A stretch of 64,000 bases of DNA, from the NCBI GenBank assembly GCA_937921485.1, contig CAKZSV010000004.1, forward strand, positions 16,497 through 80,496, written 5' to 3'. Under the pieces are notes generated by a model that saw only the letters and a program-made list of their open reading frames with translations, made no database searches and was not told the origin of the DNA. This stretch comes from an uncultured bacterium (GTDB lineage: Bacteria > Spirochaetota > UBA4802 > JAGODF01). Positions 18,741 to 27,989 of the stretch are shown in pieces; the stretch's first letter is position 1, and each line of letters opens with the position of its first letter. The position numbers and the translations under genes are program-made.

Positions 18741-20090
18741 TCACGGTCCGGTAATTGTCTTTCCCGCATCGGATTCCTGAATTGTGATAGGGCTTCCCAG
18801 CTGGGTATAATTTGTCGGCAGAGTCCCTCGTGTACCTGCGGCGGCATAATACAACTGATACGTTTTCCCCACCGGCACATTGGTAAGCGTATAGCTTGAA
18901 CCGGATTTATAGGTGACCAATGGCGGAATTCTGAAATTTTCTACCTGCCCCTCGTAGGCATCCCACTGATCATCATAAATGCCGGCGTCGAGACATCCCG
19001 TGATGAACGAATTCAAATCATACCGGTATTTTTCATACTGTATATAATAATCCAGCCAGGCGTAGGGGTCTGAATAATTTAACACCGTGGGCACCCGGGG
19101 CTGGTAACATGCGCCCGATGCATCAGGCCGCGCAGGGGGCGTGAATGTATAGTTGGCAATATTATCAACACCGGTTTCAATTGCGATAATATAGTTGCCT
19201 GCCGTACCGCCTGTCCCGGTAATACTTGCAGTTCTTCCCGGCACATAGCTTCTTGCCACCGCAATAATATTTCCCCCCATTACCGTATCATCGGGACGAA
19301 CATTCCGCAGCCAGTCGGAAAGGGCCCAGAAGTGCAGCACCTCATAATAGCCTGACGAGGTATCATCGTATTCGTAGTACCTGATAAAATTTTTTATGAC
19401 AAATCGGATTTCAAGAACTGTTTCAGGGTATCGCCTGTCATAGACAAAACCCCCTGGAGGAAAATATATGCGAAGGGGAAAAATTCGTATAACATCTTTA
19501 CTATTCGTCCGAAGAGAATCCCAGTAGGTGTTATATTGCAATTGATTAAAGTCAACACCCTGAACGGTGGTTTCATTAAAAATGCTTTCCGGCGCTTCCT
19601 GCGCTTCCCAGGAAAGCGTTGAATAATTAAATTGCCAGTGCGTCGCCATGTCAAAAATCATTTTGCGGATATACACAAGTACCGAGGTGTATTGATAATT
19701 CGAATACGGATCATCACCTGGATATTCCACACCGGTTCCATCAAAAAATGCCTCAGAATCGAGAAGCGGTATTGAATACGTTTCGCGGTAAAACGCGAAT
19801 TTATCAGCGTTTCCCGAGCCCTGCAGCTGCATCTCGGCAATATCCAGCATAAAACGAGTGGGTGCCGTTGTCGTATCTGTCGTAAGATCATCAATTGAGT
19901 CATCGCGCATATTTTCAGGGGAAGACAAATCCCAGGGACGCGGATTGTTCGATTCAAATGTGCCTTTTAAAATCACGCGCAGGCGGCTGGTTCCCATTTC
20001 GGAAAACACCGGATAATCGCTGCAGGCGAAAAGTGCGCCTGAAAAAACAACCACACACAACAAGATGTTTATTCGTTTCATTTGCATCAT
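18741..20090 (-). CDS. Lipoprotein of unknown function
   Basis: Signal peptide with lipobox ALFAC. 449 aa, rich in Tyr/Thr/Asp. 4-nt overlap with the upstream beta-barrel gene. Confidence 0.6.
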   Translation of the reverse strand: MMQMKRINILLCVVVFSGALFACSDYPVFSEMGTSRLRVILKGTFESNNPRPWDLSSPENMRDDSIDDLTTDTTTAPTRFMLDIAEMQLQGSGNADKFAFYRETYSIPLLDSEAFFDGTGVEYPGDDPYSNYQYTSVLVYIRKMIFDMATHWQFNYSTLSWEAQEAPESIFNETTVQGVDFNQLQYNTYWDSLRTNSKDVIRIFPLRIYFPPGGFVYDRRYPETVLEIRFVIKNFIRYYEYDDTSSGYYEVLHFWALSDWLRNVRPDDTVMGGNIIAVARSYVPGRTASITGTGGTAGNYIIAIETGVDNIANYTFTPPARPDASGACYQPRVPTVLNYSDPYAWLDYYIQYEKYRYDLNSFITGCLDAGIYDDQWDAYEGQVENFRIPPLVTYKSGSSYTLTNVPVGKTYQLYYAAAGTRGTLPTNYTQLGSPITIQESDAGKTITGP

Positions 20091-20653
20091 TCTCCCAGAT
20101 TGAAAAAGACCGTGAGCCCCGCGTTGACAATGTGTCCGTTTTGGGTAGCGCCTTCGATGTGCTTTTCATATATCAATAGGTAATCGATCCGAAGGCCGAT
20201 GTTGAAAATTCTACCCGCTGGAAATGAAGTCTCGAATCCCACCATAAAAAGCGGTTCCCAGACCGTCACCTCGTCCGGCCGAAAGTAGAGCCGCGCGCTC
20301 CCACCTCCCATTTTCAGCTGAAAAGCAAGGGGCAGTGTTATGGGAAGCCGATAGATAAAAGAACCGTAAACTGGAATCATCGTCAGTTCGTTCACGCCCT
20401 GCGAGCGGAAAAACTGGTATGAACTGTCAAGGCCGATTTTAATGCCGCGGATGAATGAATTCGTACGGAAAAAAAGCCCGCCGCCAAGATAGGTGTCAAG
20501 ATCATCATCGGTAGTGTACACCGGCGTCACCGGCCCAAACCACAGACCTATCTGGGGCTTTTCGAAAGGGTCGCTTCGCCGTGAGCGCGCAAACGATGTG
20601 CCGGCGAAAAAGAAAAATAATAGCATGATGAGAAGTATTCGTATTTTCCACAT
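20087..20653 (-). CDS. Small outer-membrane beta-barrel-like protein
   Basis: Signal peptide MWKIRILLIMLLFFFFAGTSFA, then alternating amphipathic strands (GLFFRT, IGLDSSYQFF, SFIYRL, LAFQLKMG, MVGFETSF, IGLRIDYLL, AGLTVFFNL). Confidence 0.5.
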   Translation of the reverse strand: MWKIRILLIMLLFFFFAGTSFARSRRSDPFEKPQIGLWFGPVTPVYTTDDDLDTYLGGGLFFRTNSFIRGIKIGLDSSYQFFRSQGVNELTMIPVYGSFIYRLPITLPLAFQLKMGGGSARLYFRPDEVTVWEPLFMVGFETSFPAGRIFNIGLRIDYLLIYEKHIEGATQNGHIVNAGLTVFFNLGE

Positions 20654-20746
20654 AAGCTCCTGTACATGATCCTGAAAATTTTATAAACGATAGGGTTATC
20701 TAATTTGCACGCTCGTATCTGTCAATAAAATATATTAAAGCGATAA

Positions 20747-20820
20747 GAAGAAAGCGGTTTTCTCATAATATTGTGCCTACAAGGGAACATCCTTTAAAAC
20801 ACTTTTTTAGAAGTTCCTTA
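20747..20820 (+). repeat. Structured repeat element, copy 2 (right half only)
   Basis: GAAGAAAGCGGTTTTCTCATAATATTGTGCCTACAAGGGAACATCCTTTAAAACACTTTTTTAGAAGTTCCTTA aligns with 912-988 of copy 1. A T10 run follows at 20821-20830. Confidence 0.8.
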
Positions 20821-20841
20821 TTTTTTTTTTGAAATATTACT

Positions 20842-20874
20842 TTACATATGTATAGATGTACATATTTTACATAC
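20842..20874. promoter_or_regulatory. Operator-like TACATA repeats upstream of RHH paralogue 2
   Basis: TTACATAT (20842), GTACATAT (20858) and TTACATAC (20867). Embedded palindromes ACATATGT (20844-20851) and ATGTACAT (20856-20863). TATTAT at 20881 and GGAGG at 20894 follow. Confidence 0.4.
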
Positions 20875-20902
20875 TATCGATATTATACCATATGGAGGCC
20901 CA

Positions 20903-21391
20903 ATGATGATACAAACAAGCTACATGATGACACAAGATGTGTTGATGCTGCTCAAAGACGCCGAGAAACGTACCGGATGGAAGATGATTGATCTCATCAT
21001 TGCGTTGATGCGCTACGCAATGCGGCATCACTCAAAGTACGAAAGGGAGCACGGAAGAATCGAATACCAGAAGCGCCTGGATAAAGATGGCATGCCAATA
21101 CCAAAATTCCGCGTGAAGATAAAAATCCTTGAAAGAGAATATGATTATTTTAATGATATGCGCAGGTTTTATAGAAGGTCGATTTCGCATGTGATTGCCA
21201 TTGCGGTGTTGACCTATCTTCCCGAGTTGATGGAGCGCATTGAAAGCGGTGCCTATGATGAGGAAGTGGATTCTTATCCCTATAAAAACTGTGCAATTTA
21301 CGATAAATGTATAGAAGAGGCAACGGTGTTTCACATCTGGTGGGGATTACCCAGCGATCCGGCTCTATTAGCCGCTGAATTTACTCGTTAA
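20903..21391 (+). CDS. Hypothetical protein, putative tandem ribbon-helix-helix DNA-binding protein (paralogue 2)
   Basis: Paralogue of the 18177-18659 product (GRIEYQ, EYDYFND, RSISHVIAIAV, FHIWWGLP). Divergent from the beta-barrel/lipoprotein operon. The second ATG at 20906 has better SD spacing. Confidence 0.65.
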   Translation: MMIQTSYMMTQDVLMLLKDAEKRTGWKMIDLIIALMRYAMRHHSKYEREHGRIEYQKRLDKDGMPIPKFRVKIKILEREYDYFNDMRRFYRRSISHVIAIAVLTYLPELMERIESGAYDEEVDSYPYKNCAIYDKCIEEATVFHIWWGLPSDPALLAAEFTR

Positions 21392-21588
21392 CACACATCA
21401 ACAATCACGTTCACTCACAACCAGCATTGCTCTGGAAGGGACGCTTTTGTCTCCAATCAACCCATTGCTTGAAAAACATCCGAAATAATCCACATTCATT
21501 TGAAGTTGAATAACAATCGCTTGCAATTGATCATAGTTATCTCTAAGAAAAAACATCAATGCATCGACATTTTTCATGCAGGAATTGT

Positions 21589-22392
21589 TCAAAACGCTTT
21601 TTCCATCGTATCAAGGGGCGGATCATAATACACTTTATATAAATACAGCCCCTTCGCAAGCGCCGTCGGACCTGAAGCAATGCGGTCGCGTTTTTTTAAT
21701 ATGTCAGCAATTATGTCCGGCCGGACATTCTCCCTGTGCATTTTCAAAAGAGTTCCTACTATTATCCGTACCATGTTGTGCAGAAATGCATTTCCGCGGA
21801 TTCTAATGCGGATAGTATCGCCTTCGCGCCTCACTTCAATTTCTTCAATCCGCCGTACGGTTCCATCCTGAGAAGACGCTCTTTTGCAAAACGATGCAAA
21901 ATCATATTCGCCCACAAGATATTGCGCGGCGGTGTGAAGATAGCCAGCATCGAGAGGGCTCGATATCCACATAGCACGATTTACCATAAAGGGAGAACGC
22001 TGCGGGTGATTGTATATCACATACATATACTCCCGTGCAAGCGCGCTGTAGCGTGCGTGAAACGTTTCCGGCACCCGATACGCATTGAGAACAGAAACAT
22101 CCTCTTCTAAAATGCCATTTACGCCGATACAGAGCCGCCGAAGAGGTATATCTAAACCCGTCGCGAAATGCACCACCTGCCCGCAGGCATGCACTCCCGT
22201 GTCGGTCCTTCCGGAAGCAGTTAGGCGGACCTCTTTTTTAAGGAGAATCTGAAGCGCTTTTTCAAGTTCTTCCTGAACCGTTCGGGCGTTTTTCTGCCGT
22301 TGCCACCCATTGAAGCGCGTGCCGTCATACTGCACAAGCAGTGCTATTTTTCCGTTTCCGCAGTCCCGTTCGATTCCTTCTGTCCTGTCCAT
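21589..22392 (-). CDS. truA: tRNA pseudouridine(38-40) synthase TruA
   Basis: KIALLVQYDGTRFNGWQRQKNARTVQEELEKAL...TASGRTDTGVHACGQVVHF...FLHNMVRIIVGTLL. Confidence 0.92.
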   Translation of the reverse strand: MDRTEGIERDCGNGKIALLVQYDGTRFNGWQRQKNARTVQEELEKALQILLKKEVRLTASGRTDTGVHACGQVVHFATGLDIPLRRLCIGVNGILEEDVSVLNAYRVPETFHARYSALAREYMYVIYNHPQRSPFMVNRAMWISSPLDAGYLHTAAQYLVGEYDFASFCKRASSQDGTVRRIEEIEVRREGDTIRIRIRGNAFLHNMVRIIVGTLLKMHRENVRPDIIADILKKRDRIASGPTALAKGLYLYKVYYDPPLDTMEKAF

Positions 22393-23249
22393 TCCTGAAG
22401 CATCGCATTCATTCTGTCGTAAAGATCGCGCGTCATATCGAGCATGGCGCTCGGCTTGTTTTTCGACGATTTGCCGCTCCCGAAGAGCCTGCTTAGAAAA
22501 CGCTTGGTTTTTTCAAAATTTTCTATTCGCTTTGTCATATCCGGTTCCCGCACCCCGATTTTCAGCGTGAGAATCGCGACCATGTACAGTATGCCCTCAT
22601 ACCCCCAGTTTTTATCAATATCGGGCCCAAGATGCCCGGCCGCTTCCGCCGGCTCCTTCCCGGTTTGCACCAGTTCCAGTACATCCTGATAATACTCATA
22701 GGCCTTTCTATAGAAGAAGTCGGAGATTTTATCATAGGGTTTATCCGGCTTGGCCTTTGCCAGATCGCCAAAAAGCCAGGCAGCCCGAATGGAACACACG
22801 GCTCTTTTAAACGTTGGGGCTAAATTTTTTCTCCGAAACGAATAACAATCCACCGCAAGCAGATACGAAGCGGCCCCCAGCGCCAGATCTCTGTCATTCC
22901 TAAAATCGAGTTCACCAAAAAATTTTTTAATGGACGCAAGACGAGCTTGCGTCGTTTTCTTTATTTTTTCGATTTCATCCGGCGTGATGTCGCTGAAATC
23001 CTTCGGATAGGCGGTATAGAGACAATTAGGACAGACCTGCAAATAGTACGCCAATGGATAGATTACTCCCCACTTTTCGTTTTTCTCATACAGACGGCGC
23101 AATTCATCGGTGAGCTTCCCCGCGATGAGTCTGCCACCGCCTGTGAGCATTTCTTCCTTATAATGCTCAAAGGCGCATATGGGGCATTTTGTTGGATTTT
23201 TCTGCCTGTAAGAAACCTTTTTCTGTGCAGCATCTTTTGCAGTTTCCAT
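22344..23249 (-). CDS. DUF2225-like zinc-ribbon protein
   Basis: N-terminal CPICAFEHYKEE...YPLAYYLQVCPNCLYTAY pattern (CxxC...CxxC), followed by a helical repeat region, as I recall for DUF2225. Confidence 0.55.
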   Translation of the reverse strand: METAKDAAQKKVSYRQKNPTKCPICAFEHYKEEMLTGGGRLIAGKLTDELRRLYEKNEKWGVIYPLAYYLQVCPNCLYTAYPKDFSDITPDEIEKIKKTTQARLASIKKFFGELDFRNDRDLALGAASYLLAVDCYSFRRKNLAPTFKRAVCSIRAAWLFGDLAKAKPDKPYDKISDFFYRKAYEYYQDVLELVQTGKEPAEAAGHLGPDIDKNWGYEGILYMVAILTLKIGVREPDMTKRIENFEKTKRFLSRLFGSGKSSKNKPSAMLDMTRDLYDRMNAMLQEWTGQKESNGTAETEK

Positions 23250-23492
23250 GTAACAAAGTATCTCCCAATGATATTTTCATGCAGCAGAGTAATTCTGATC
23301 GCTTCTGCATATTATTGACAGTACGGCACTATTAAAACCATATTATAGACATAATACAATAATTTTTATTATTCATCAATAAACTTTTTCCCTATAGGCT
23401 TAAAAATGTATAGTATCCATGATATCCACATGTTAAAGTATGGCTTTGAAAATGCCGATACTTATAAAAATTACTCTATAGAGTGTAAAGCC

Positions 23493-24404
23493 ATGAAAAA
23501 TATACATTTTAAGCTTTTTCTTACCACAATAATCGCCGCAATATCGGCTTCAAATCCCGTTTATTCTCTTTCAACCTCCGCCAAGAGTCAGGATGATTAC
23601 ATTTATTTAATGCATCATCTGCGCGATGTGCAGGTGATGATAGAGAATTTTGCAAACGAAGATCAAAGGAAAAAATACGAAGAAATTTCCAGCGATTTTC
23701 GAAACGCTGCGATCTCATTTTACGCCCATGACTTCGTATTCTACGACAAAAACGCGAAAAAACACCGAAGAAAATTTTATTTAGTAAAACTAAAATTGGC
23801 CGAACTGCTCGACGGCATGGCGCAATCATATCTTTCCCGGGCAAAGGATATTCTGCAGGGAGTGTCGAAAGATTCCTTCAGCATTCTCATCAAATTCAAC
23901 AAGGGCGGATATAGCAAATACTTCACCAAACCTATTGACCCCGTTTCCGTAATAGGAGGAGAAAAAATTTATAAATCAGAAGAATACCATTTATATTACA
24001 ATAAGAGCACGATTGAACGGTATTTACGGAAAGGATATAAAATTTTTCAGGACGCCGAAAACATCTACAAGCACCCCGATATGGAAGTAGTCAAAGGCAA
24101 GAAAGAAAAGAACGATTACGATGTGGATTACATGGTTGACAGCTTTCTCACAGTCATCAAAAACTGCCGCGAAGCAAAACAGTATGGAATTGAAATTTAT
24201 AAGATAATACGCAAAAATAACATTTACGCCATTCAGAAGAAATACGACAACTATAATATTCCCATCAGCAATCCGGAACCCATATTCGATGTGCGTATTC
24301 CCGAAAACTACAAAATCGACGCGAACGACAACATCAAGCTAATACATGCGCACGAAGCGAAAAAAGTTCCGGCGGATTTCCCCAAATCGCCATCGATCGA
24401 ATAG
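23493..24404 (+). CDS. Secreted hypothetical protein (Lys/Tyr/Asn-rich)
   Basis: The internal ATG at 23493 gives the signal peptide MKNIHFKLFLTTIIAAISASNPVYS. No recognisable domain. Confidence 0.5.
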   Translation: MKNIHFKLFLTTIIAAISASNPVYSLSTSAKSQDDYIYLMHHLRDVQVMIENFANEDQRKKYEEISSDFRNAAISFYAHDFVFYDKNAKKHRRKFYLVKLKLAELLDGMAQSYLSRAKDILQGVSKDSFSILIKFNKGGYSKYFTKPIDPVSVIGGEKIYKSEEYHLYYNKSTIERYLRKGYKIFQDAENIYKHPDMEVVKGKKEKNDYDVDYMVDSFLTVIKNCREAKQYGIEIYKIIRKNNIYAIQKKYDNYNIPISNPEPIFDVRIPENYKIDANDNIKLIHAHEAKKVPADFPKSPSIE

Positions 24405-24433
24405 AGAATATCTTTTTCACTTGAGCAGACGAA

Positions 24434-24459
24434 AATGCACTCACGGGCGCGAGTGCATT
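24434..24459. terminator. Bidirectional terminator between the convergent hypothetical gene and rplQ
   Basis: AATGCACTC (24434-24442) / GAGTGCATT (24451-24459) with an 8-nt loop. GAAAA lies upstream and GTTCTTCTGCTTTT downstream. Confidence 0.65.
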
Positions 24460-24514
24460 GTTCTTCTGCTTTTATTGTCGCAGCACATCCTGCCGCTAAA
24501 TCATGCTCGCAGTG

Positions 24515-24952
24515 CTATTTCTCTTCTTTAACTTTCTTCTCGGCTTTCTTGCGCACCTTTAGCTTGCGCTCAACCAGCTCAATAATCGCCATTTCCGCCC
24601 CATCGCCTTCCCGACGCTTTGCAAGCAGATAAATACGCGTGTAGCCACCGTTGCGGTCCTTAAAACGGGGAGCAATATCGTCGAATAATTTTTTCACCAC
24701 ATCCCTGTTATGAATATGGCGCATAACCTCGCGCTTGTTATGCAGCTTTTTTGCTACATCCGTTTCCGGCAAAACCAGATTTTTTTTTGCGCGGGTAATC
24801 AGCCGCTCTGATATGCGCTTCAGCTCCTTCGCCTTTTGCTTTGTGGTGATAATGCGCTCGTGCTCAAAAAGAGATGTTACCATATTTGAAAAAAGGGCCC
24901 GCCTGTGCTCATGGGTCCTTCCAAGCTGCGTCACGCTGTTTTTGTGTCTCAT
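24515..24952 (-). CDS. rplQ: 50S ribosomal protein L17
   Basis: MRHKNSVTQLGRTHEHRRALFSNMVTSLFEHERIITTKQKAKEL. Last gene of the alpha operon. Confidence 0.96.
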   Translation of the reverse strand: MRHKNSVTQLGRTHEHRRALFSNMVTSLFEHERIITTKQKAKELKRISERLITRAKKNLVLPETDVAKKLHNKREVMRHIHNRDVVKKLFDDIAPRFKDRNGGYTRIYLLAKRREGDGAEMAIIELVERKLKVRKKAEKKVKEEK

Positions 24953-24970
24953 AGTATTGCCCCTCTTGTG

Positions 24971-25936
24971 CTATCCTTTTAATCCCAGACTGAGGTGAAG
25001 CACCTCAAGTTTACCTTTGATTTCCTTTGCTACCACATCACTGAAATGCTTCGATTTTTTCAGTTCCTCTTCCGTTTTTTGAACCAGTTCATTAAGATAC
25101 GAGATATCCAGACTCTTGAGCGTATTGTACGAACGCACGGAAAGCTCCAATTCGTCGATGGATTTCGCTAAAAGATTTTTCAGTTTCTCAGCACCTTCGT
25201 CAACCGCCTCCTCTTCCTCTTCCATGCGCTCTTCAAAATTGATGAATATCGTCAAATGCTCTTTGATTATCTTCGCGGCCTGCGCCAGCGCATCATCCGG
25301 CGTAATGGTCCCGTCGGTCCAGATTTCCAGAATCAGTTTGTCATAATCCGTCCGCTGGCCGACACGCGTATCCTCAACGCGGATATTGACTTTCTGAATC
25401 GGAGAAAAAATCGCGTCGATGGGAATCACACCCACCATTTCGGTATTGTCCTTATTGAGCTCTGCGGGGATGTAACCGCGGCCGCGCTGTATCTCCACTT
25501 CCATGTCGATTTTGCCCGATGCGTTCAGCGTCGCAATCTTCAAATCGGGATTCATGATTTCGATATCGGGATCGATATTGAAATCGGCTCCTTTCAATTC
25601 CCCCGGTCCCTGTTTGACGATATGCAGCACCTTCTGAAGTTCGCCATAGTATTTGATGCGAAGTTTCTTTAAATTGAGAATAATCTTCGTTACATCCTCG
25701 TACACACCGTCAATGGCGCAGAACTCATGAGGTACGCCTTCGATTTTTATTGCGGTAATTGCAGCACCCTCAATTGAGGAGAGCAGCACGCGCCGCAATG
25801 AATTTCCTATTGTCAGACCGTATCCCTTTTCGAATGGCTCGGCAATAAATCTGCCATAGAACTTGTCCAATTCATCATGTTCGAAAATTATCTTTCCCGG
25901 TCTCTTAAAACCTTTCAAAAGGTTTCTTGGCACCAT
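24971..25936 (-). CDS. rpoA: DNA-directed RNA polymerase subunit alpha
   Basis: GRFIAEPFEKGYGLTIGNSLRRVLLSSIEGAAITAIKIEGVPHEF, plus the C-terminal domain ELELSVRSYNTLK. Confidence 0.97.
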   Translation of the reverse strand: MVPRNLLKGFKRPGKIIFEHDELDKFYGRFIAEPFEKGYGLTIGNSLRRVLLSSIEGAAITAIKIEGVPHEFCAIDGVYEDVTKIILNLKKLRIKYYGELQKVLHIVKQGPGELKGADFNIDPDIEIMNPDLKIATLNASGKIDMEVEIQRGRGYIPAELNKDNTEMVGVIPIDAIFSPIQKVNIRVEDTRVGQRTDYDKLILEIWTDGTITPDDALAQAAKIIKEHLTIFINFEERMEEEEEAVDEGAEKLKNLLAKSIDELELSVRSYNTLKSLDISYLNELVQKTEEELKKSKHFSDVVAKEIKGKLEVLHLSLGLKG

Positions 25937-26039
25937 TATTGCCTCCGATGATATTCACAAAAAGCTAAATTTTACAAATACACTGCTTGAGCAAAGCGAA
26001 TTAGCAACCAATAATTCGCCCGCCGTCATACGTAATAGT

Positions 26040-26669
26040 TTACTTAGAATACAGCTCAACCACAAGCTGTTCATTAAACGTCGCGGTAATATCGCTCCGC
26101 TCTGGAAAACGCACTATTTTCCCTTTCTTATTCTCGTAATCCACTTCAATCCAGCCCGGTACGGAACTCACCGCCTTGGAAAGCTTGATGGACTCCTCGA
26201 GAATAGGATTTGTTTTAAAATTGTCCCGCACTTCGACCACATCGTTTATTCGTATGCGATACGAAGGGATGTCCACTATTCGCCCGTTGACAGTAACATG
26301 GCGGTGCTGGACAAACTGACGCGCCTGCATTCGGGACGAAGCAAAACCCATCCGGTACACCACATTATCCAGCCTGCGTTCAAGAAGACTCATCATCTGC
26401 GCGCTTGTAACGCCCTTCGCGCGCGATGCATCCTCGAACACTCTCCTGAACTGCCCTTCCATCAAGCCGTACATGCGTTTAATTTTCTGCTTTTCACGCA
26501 GCTGAACGCCGTAATCGGAGAGCTTGCTTCTCCTTTTTCTCGGAGGTCCCGGAGGATATTTTCTCTTCTTTACCGCGCATTTATCGGTAAGACATCGCTG
26601 CCCTTTCAAAAAAAGGGGCACCATTTCACGTCTGCATAGCTTGCACGATGGTCCGGTATATTTTGCCAT
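26040..26669 (-). CDS. rpsD: 30S ribosomal protein S4 (Cys4 form)
   Basis: MAKYTGPSCKLCRREMVPLFLKGQRCLTDKCAVKKR... Confidence 0.97.
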   Translation of the reverse strand: MAKYTGPSCKLCRREMVPLFLKGQRCLTDKCAVKKRKYPPGPPRKRRSKLSDYGVQLREKQKIKRMYGLMEGQFRRVFEDASRAKGVTSAQMMSLLERRLDNVVYRMGFASSRMQARQFVQHRHVTVNGRIVDIPSYRIRINDVVEVRDNFKTNPILEESIKLSKAVSSVPGWIEVDYENKKGKIVRFPERSDITATFNEQLVVELYSK

Positions 26670-26684
26670 GATTTCCTCGCTTCG

Positions 26685-27071
26685 TTACACTCTTCGACGT
26701 TTCGGCGGCCTGCATCCGTTATGCGGGATGGGCGTCACGTCTTTAATTTTTGTAATGGTCAGACCTGCCTGCGCCAGAGAACGGATTGCCGCCTCTCTTC
26801 CAATTCCCGGGCCCTTCACATGGACCTCAACGCTCCGCAGGCCGGCCTGGTCTATGGCTTTCTGCGCTGCCACTTTTGCAGCCATCTGCGCCGCGAATGG
26901 TGTCGATTTCCTTGAGCCGCGGAAACCTTCACCCCCCGCAGATGCCCATGAAATCACATTGCCCTGCATATCGGCAAGAGTGATAATTGTGTTGTTGTAG
27001 GTAGCCTGGATATAGGCCATCCCTACCGGAACGACTTTCTTTTCGCGCTTCTTCGTCTTTTTTTGCTTCAC
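26685..27071 (-). CDS. rpsK: 30S ribosomal protein S11
   Basis: [46 protein letters not shown]. Confidence 0.97.
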   Translation of the reverse strand: MKQKKTKKREKKVVPVGMAYIQATYNNTIITLADMQGNVISWASAGGEGFRGSRKSTPFAAQMAAKVAAQKAIDQAGLRSVEVHVKGPGIGREAAIRSLAQAGLTITKIKDVTPIPHNGCRPPKRRRV

Positions 27072-27128
27072 ACGGATGCTCCTGATTATTTCTTCGTTTG
27101 ATTACCGTCTCAAACAATTATATATTAA

Positions 27129-27500
27129 TTATTTTTTCTTCTTGCCTGCCTGCGCCTTCCGGTTTCCTTTTCTGGTGCGGGCGTTATTCTTGGTATTTTG
27201 CCCTCTCACCGGCAATCCTCTTCTGTGGCGAATGCCTCTATAGCATCCGATATCCATGAGGCGCTTGATATTCATCGCCACTTCTGTTCTAAGATCACCT
27301 TCAACTTTATGATTTTTTTCAATTACGCGGCGAATCTCGCCGATTTCATCGTCGGTAAGATCTTTCACCCGCGTGTCCGGATTTACCTTCGTTTCAGCGA
27401 TTATTTTTTTTGAAGTGGTGGGGCCTATCCCGTAAATATACGTGAGCGCCACTTCAACTCGCTTGTTCCCCGGTAAATCAACACCTGAAATACGTGCCAT
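27129..27500 (-). CDS. rpsM: 30S ribosomal protein S13
   Basis: [33 protein letters not shown]. Confidence 0.97.
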   Translation of the reverse strand: MARISGVDLPGNKRVEVALTYIYGIGPTTSKKIIAETKVNPDTRVKDLTDDEIGEIRRVIEKNHKVEGDLRTEVAMNIKRLMDIGCYRGIRHRRGLPVRGQNTKNNARTRKGNRKAQAGKKKK

Positions 27501-27515
27501 ATACTCACTCCTCGA

Positions 27516-27647
27516 TTATTTGCTCGCAGTGCGTTTTTTCTGACGCTGTTTGTGGCGGGGATTTGAACAGATTACTCTGATGACCCCGTGCCGCTTTATC
27601 ACTTTGCATTCACTGCATATTTTTCTCACAGAAACCCGTACTTTCAT
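27516..27647 (-). CDS. rpmJ: 50S ribosomal protein L36 (43 aa, C-terminally extended)
   Basis: Hand translation gives [43 protein letters not shown]. It is below the ORF-track cutoff. GAGGGAG lies upstream. Confidence 0.9.
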   Translation of the reverse strand: MKVRVSVRKICSECKVIKRHGVIRVICSNPRHKQRQKKRTASK

Positions 27648-27674
27648 GACTCCCTCGATTTCTTCTATTAACGA

Positions 27675-27717
27675 TTAACTATCCTGCATTATCCTGCAAA
27701 TCCTGTTAACTATCCTG
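27675..27717 (-). repeat. Four tandem CAGGAU(A/U) motifs in the infA-rpmJ intercistronic RNA
   Basis: ATCCTG on the plus strand at 27681, 27691, 27700 and 27712. TTAACTATCCTG occurs twice (27675-27686 and 27706-27717). Confidence 0.8.
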
Positions 27718-27735
27718 TAACCTTAATTACAAGCC

Positions 27736-27954
27736 TTACTTAGAACGATAGATTATTCTTCCACGGTTCAAATCATACGGTGAAAGCTCAACAGTGACTT
27801 TGTCCCCTGGAAGTATTCGAATATAATGCATCCGCATCTTACCGGAAATATGCGCCAGCACCACGTGGTCGTTGCTGAGCTTGACCCTGAACATCGCATT
27901 GGGCAGAGTCTCAACCACCACACCCTCAACTTCAATCGGTTCTTCTTTAGCCAT
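27736..27954 (-). CDS. infA: Translation initiation factor IF-1
   Basis: [53 protein letters not shown]. Confidence 0.97.
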   Translation of the reverse strand: MAKEEPIEVEGVVVETLPNAMFRVKLSNDHVVLAHISGKMRMHYIRILPGDKVTVELSPYDLNRGRIIYRSK

Positions 27955-27989
27955 AAACCTCTTTTACTATAATCGAGCGGGCAGTTCGA

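Noticed and set aside
21398-21592. A 64-aa minus-strand ORF directly after truA (TTG start overlapping the truA stop, internal ATG at 21577).
   Set aside because: It has no SD before either start and no recognisable motif. It lies in a short convergent gap, so I cannot support it as a gene.
27675-27717. The CAGGAT cluster as a mini CRISPR array or tandem-repeat locus.
   Set aside because: The units are only 6-12 nt with irregular 9-12-nt spacing, and they sit inside an operon transcript. This is far too short for CRISPR repeats and spacers.
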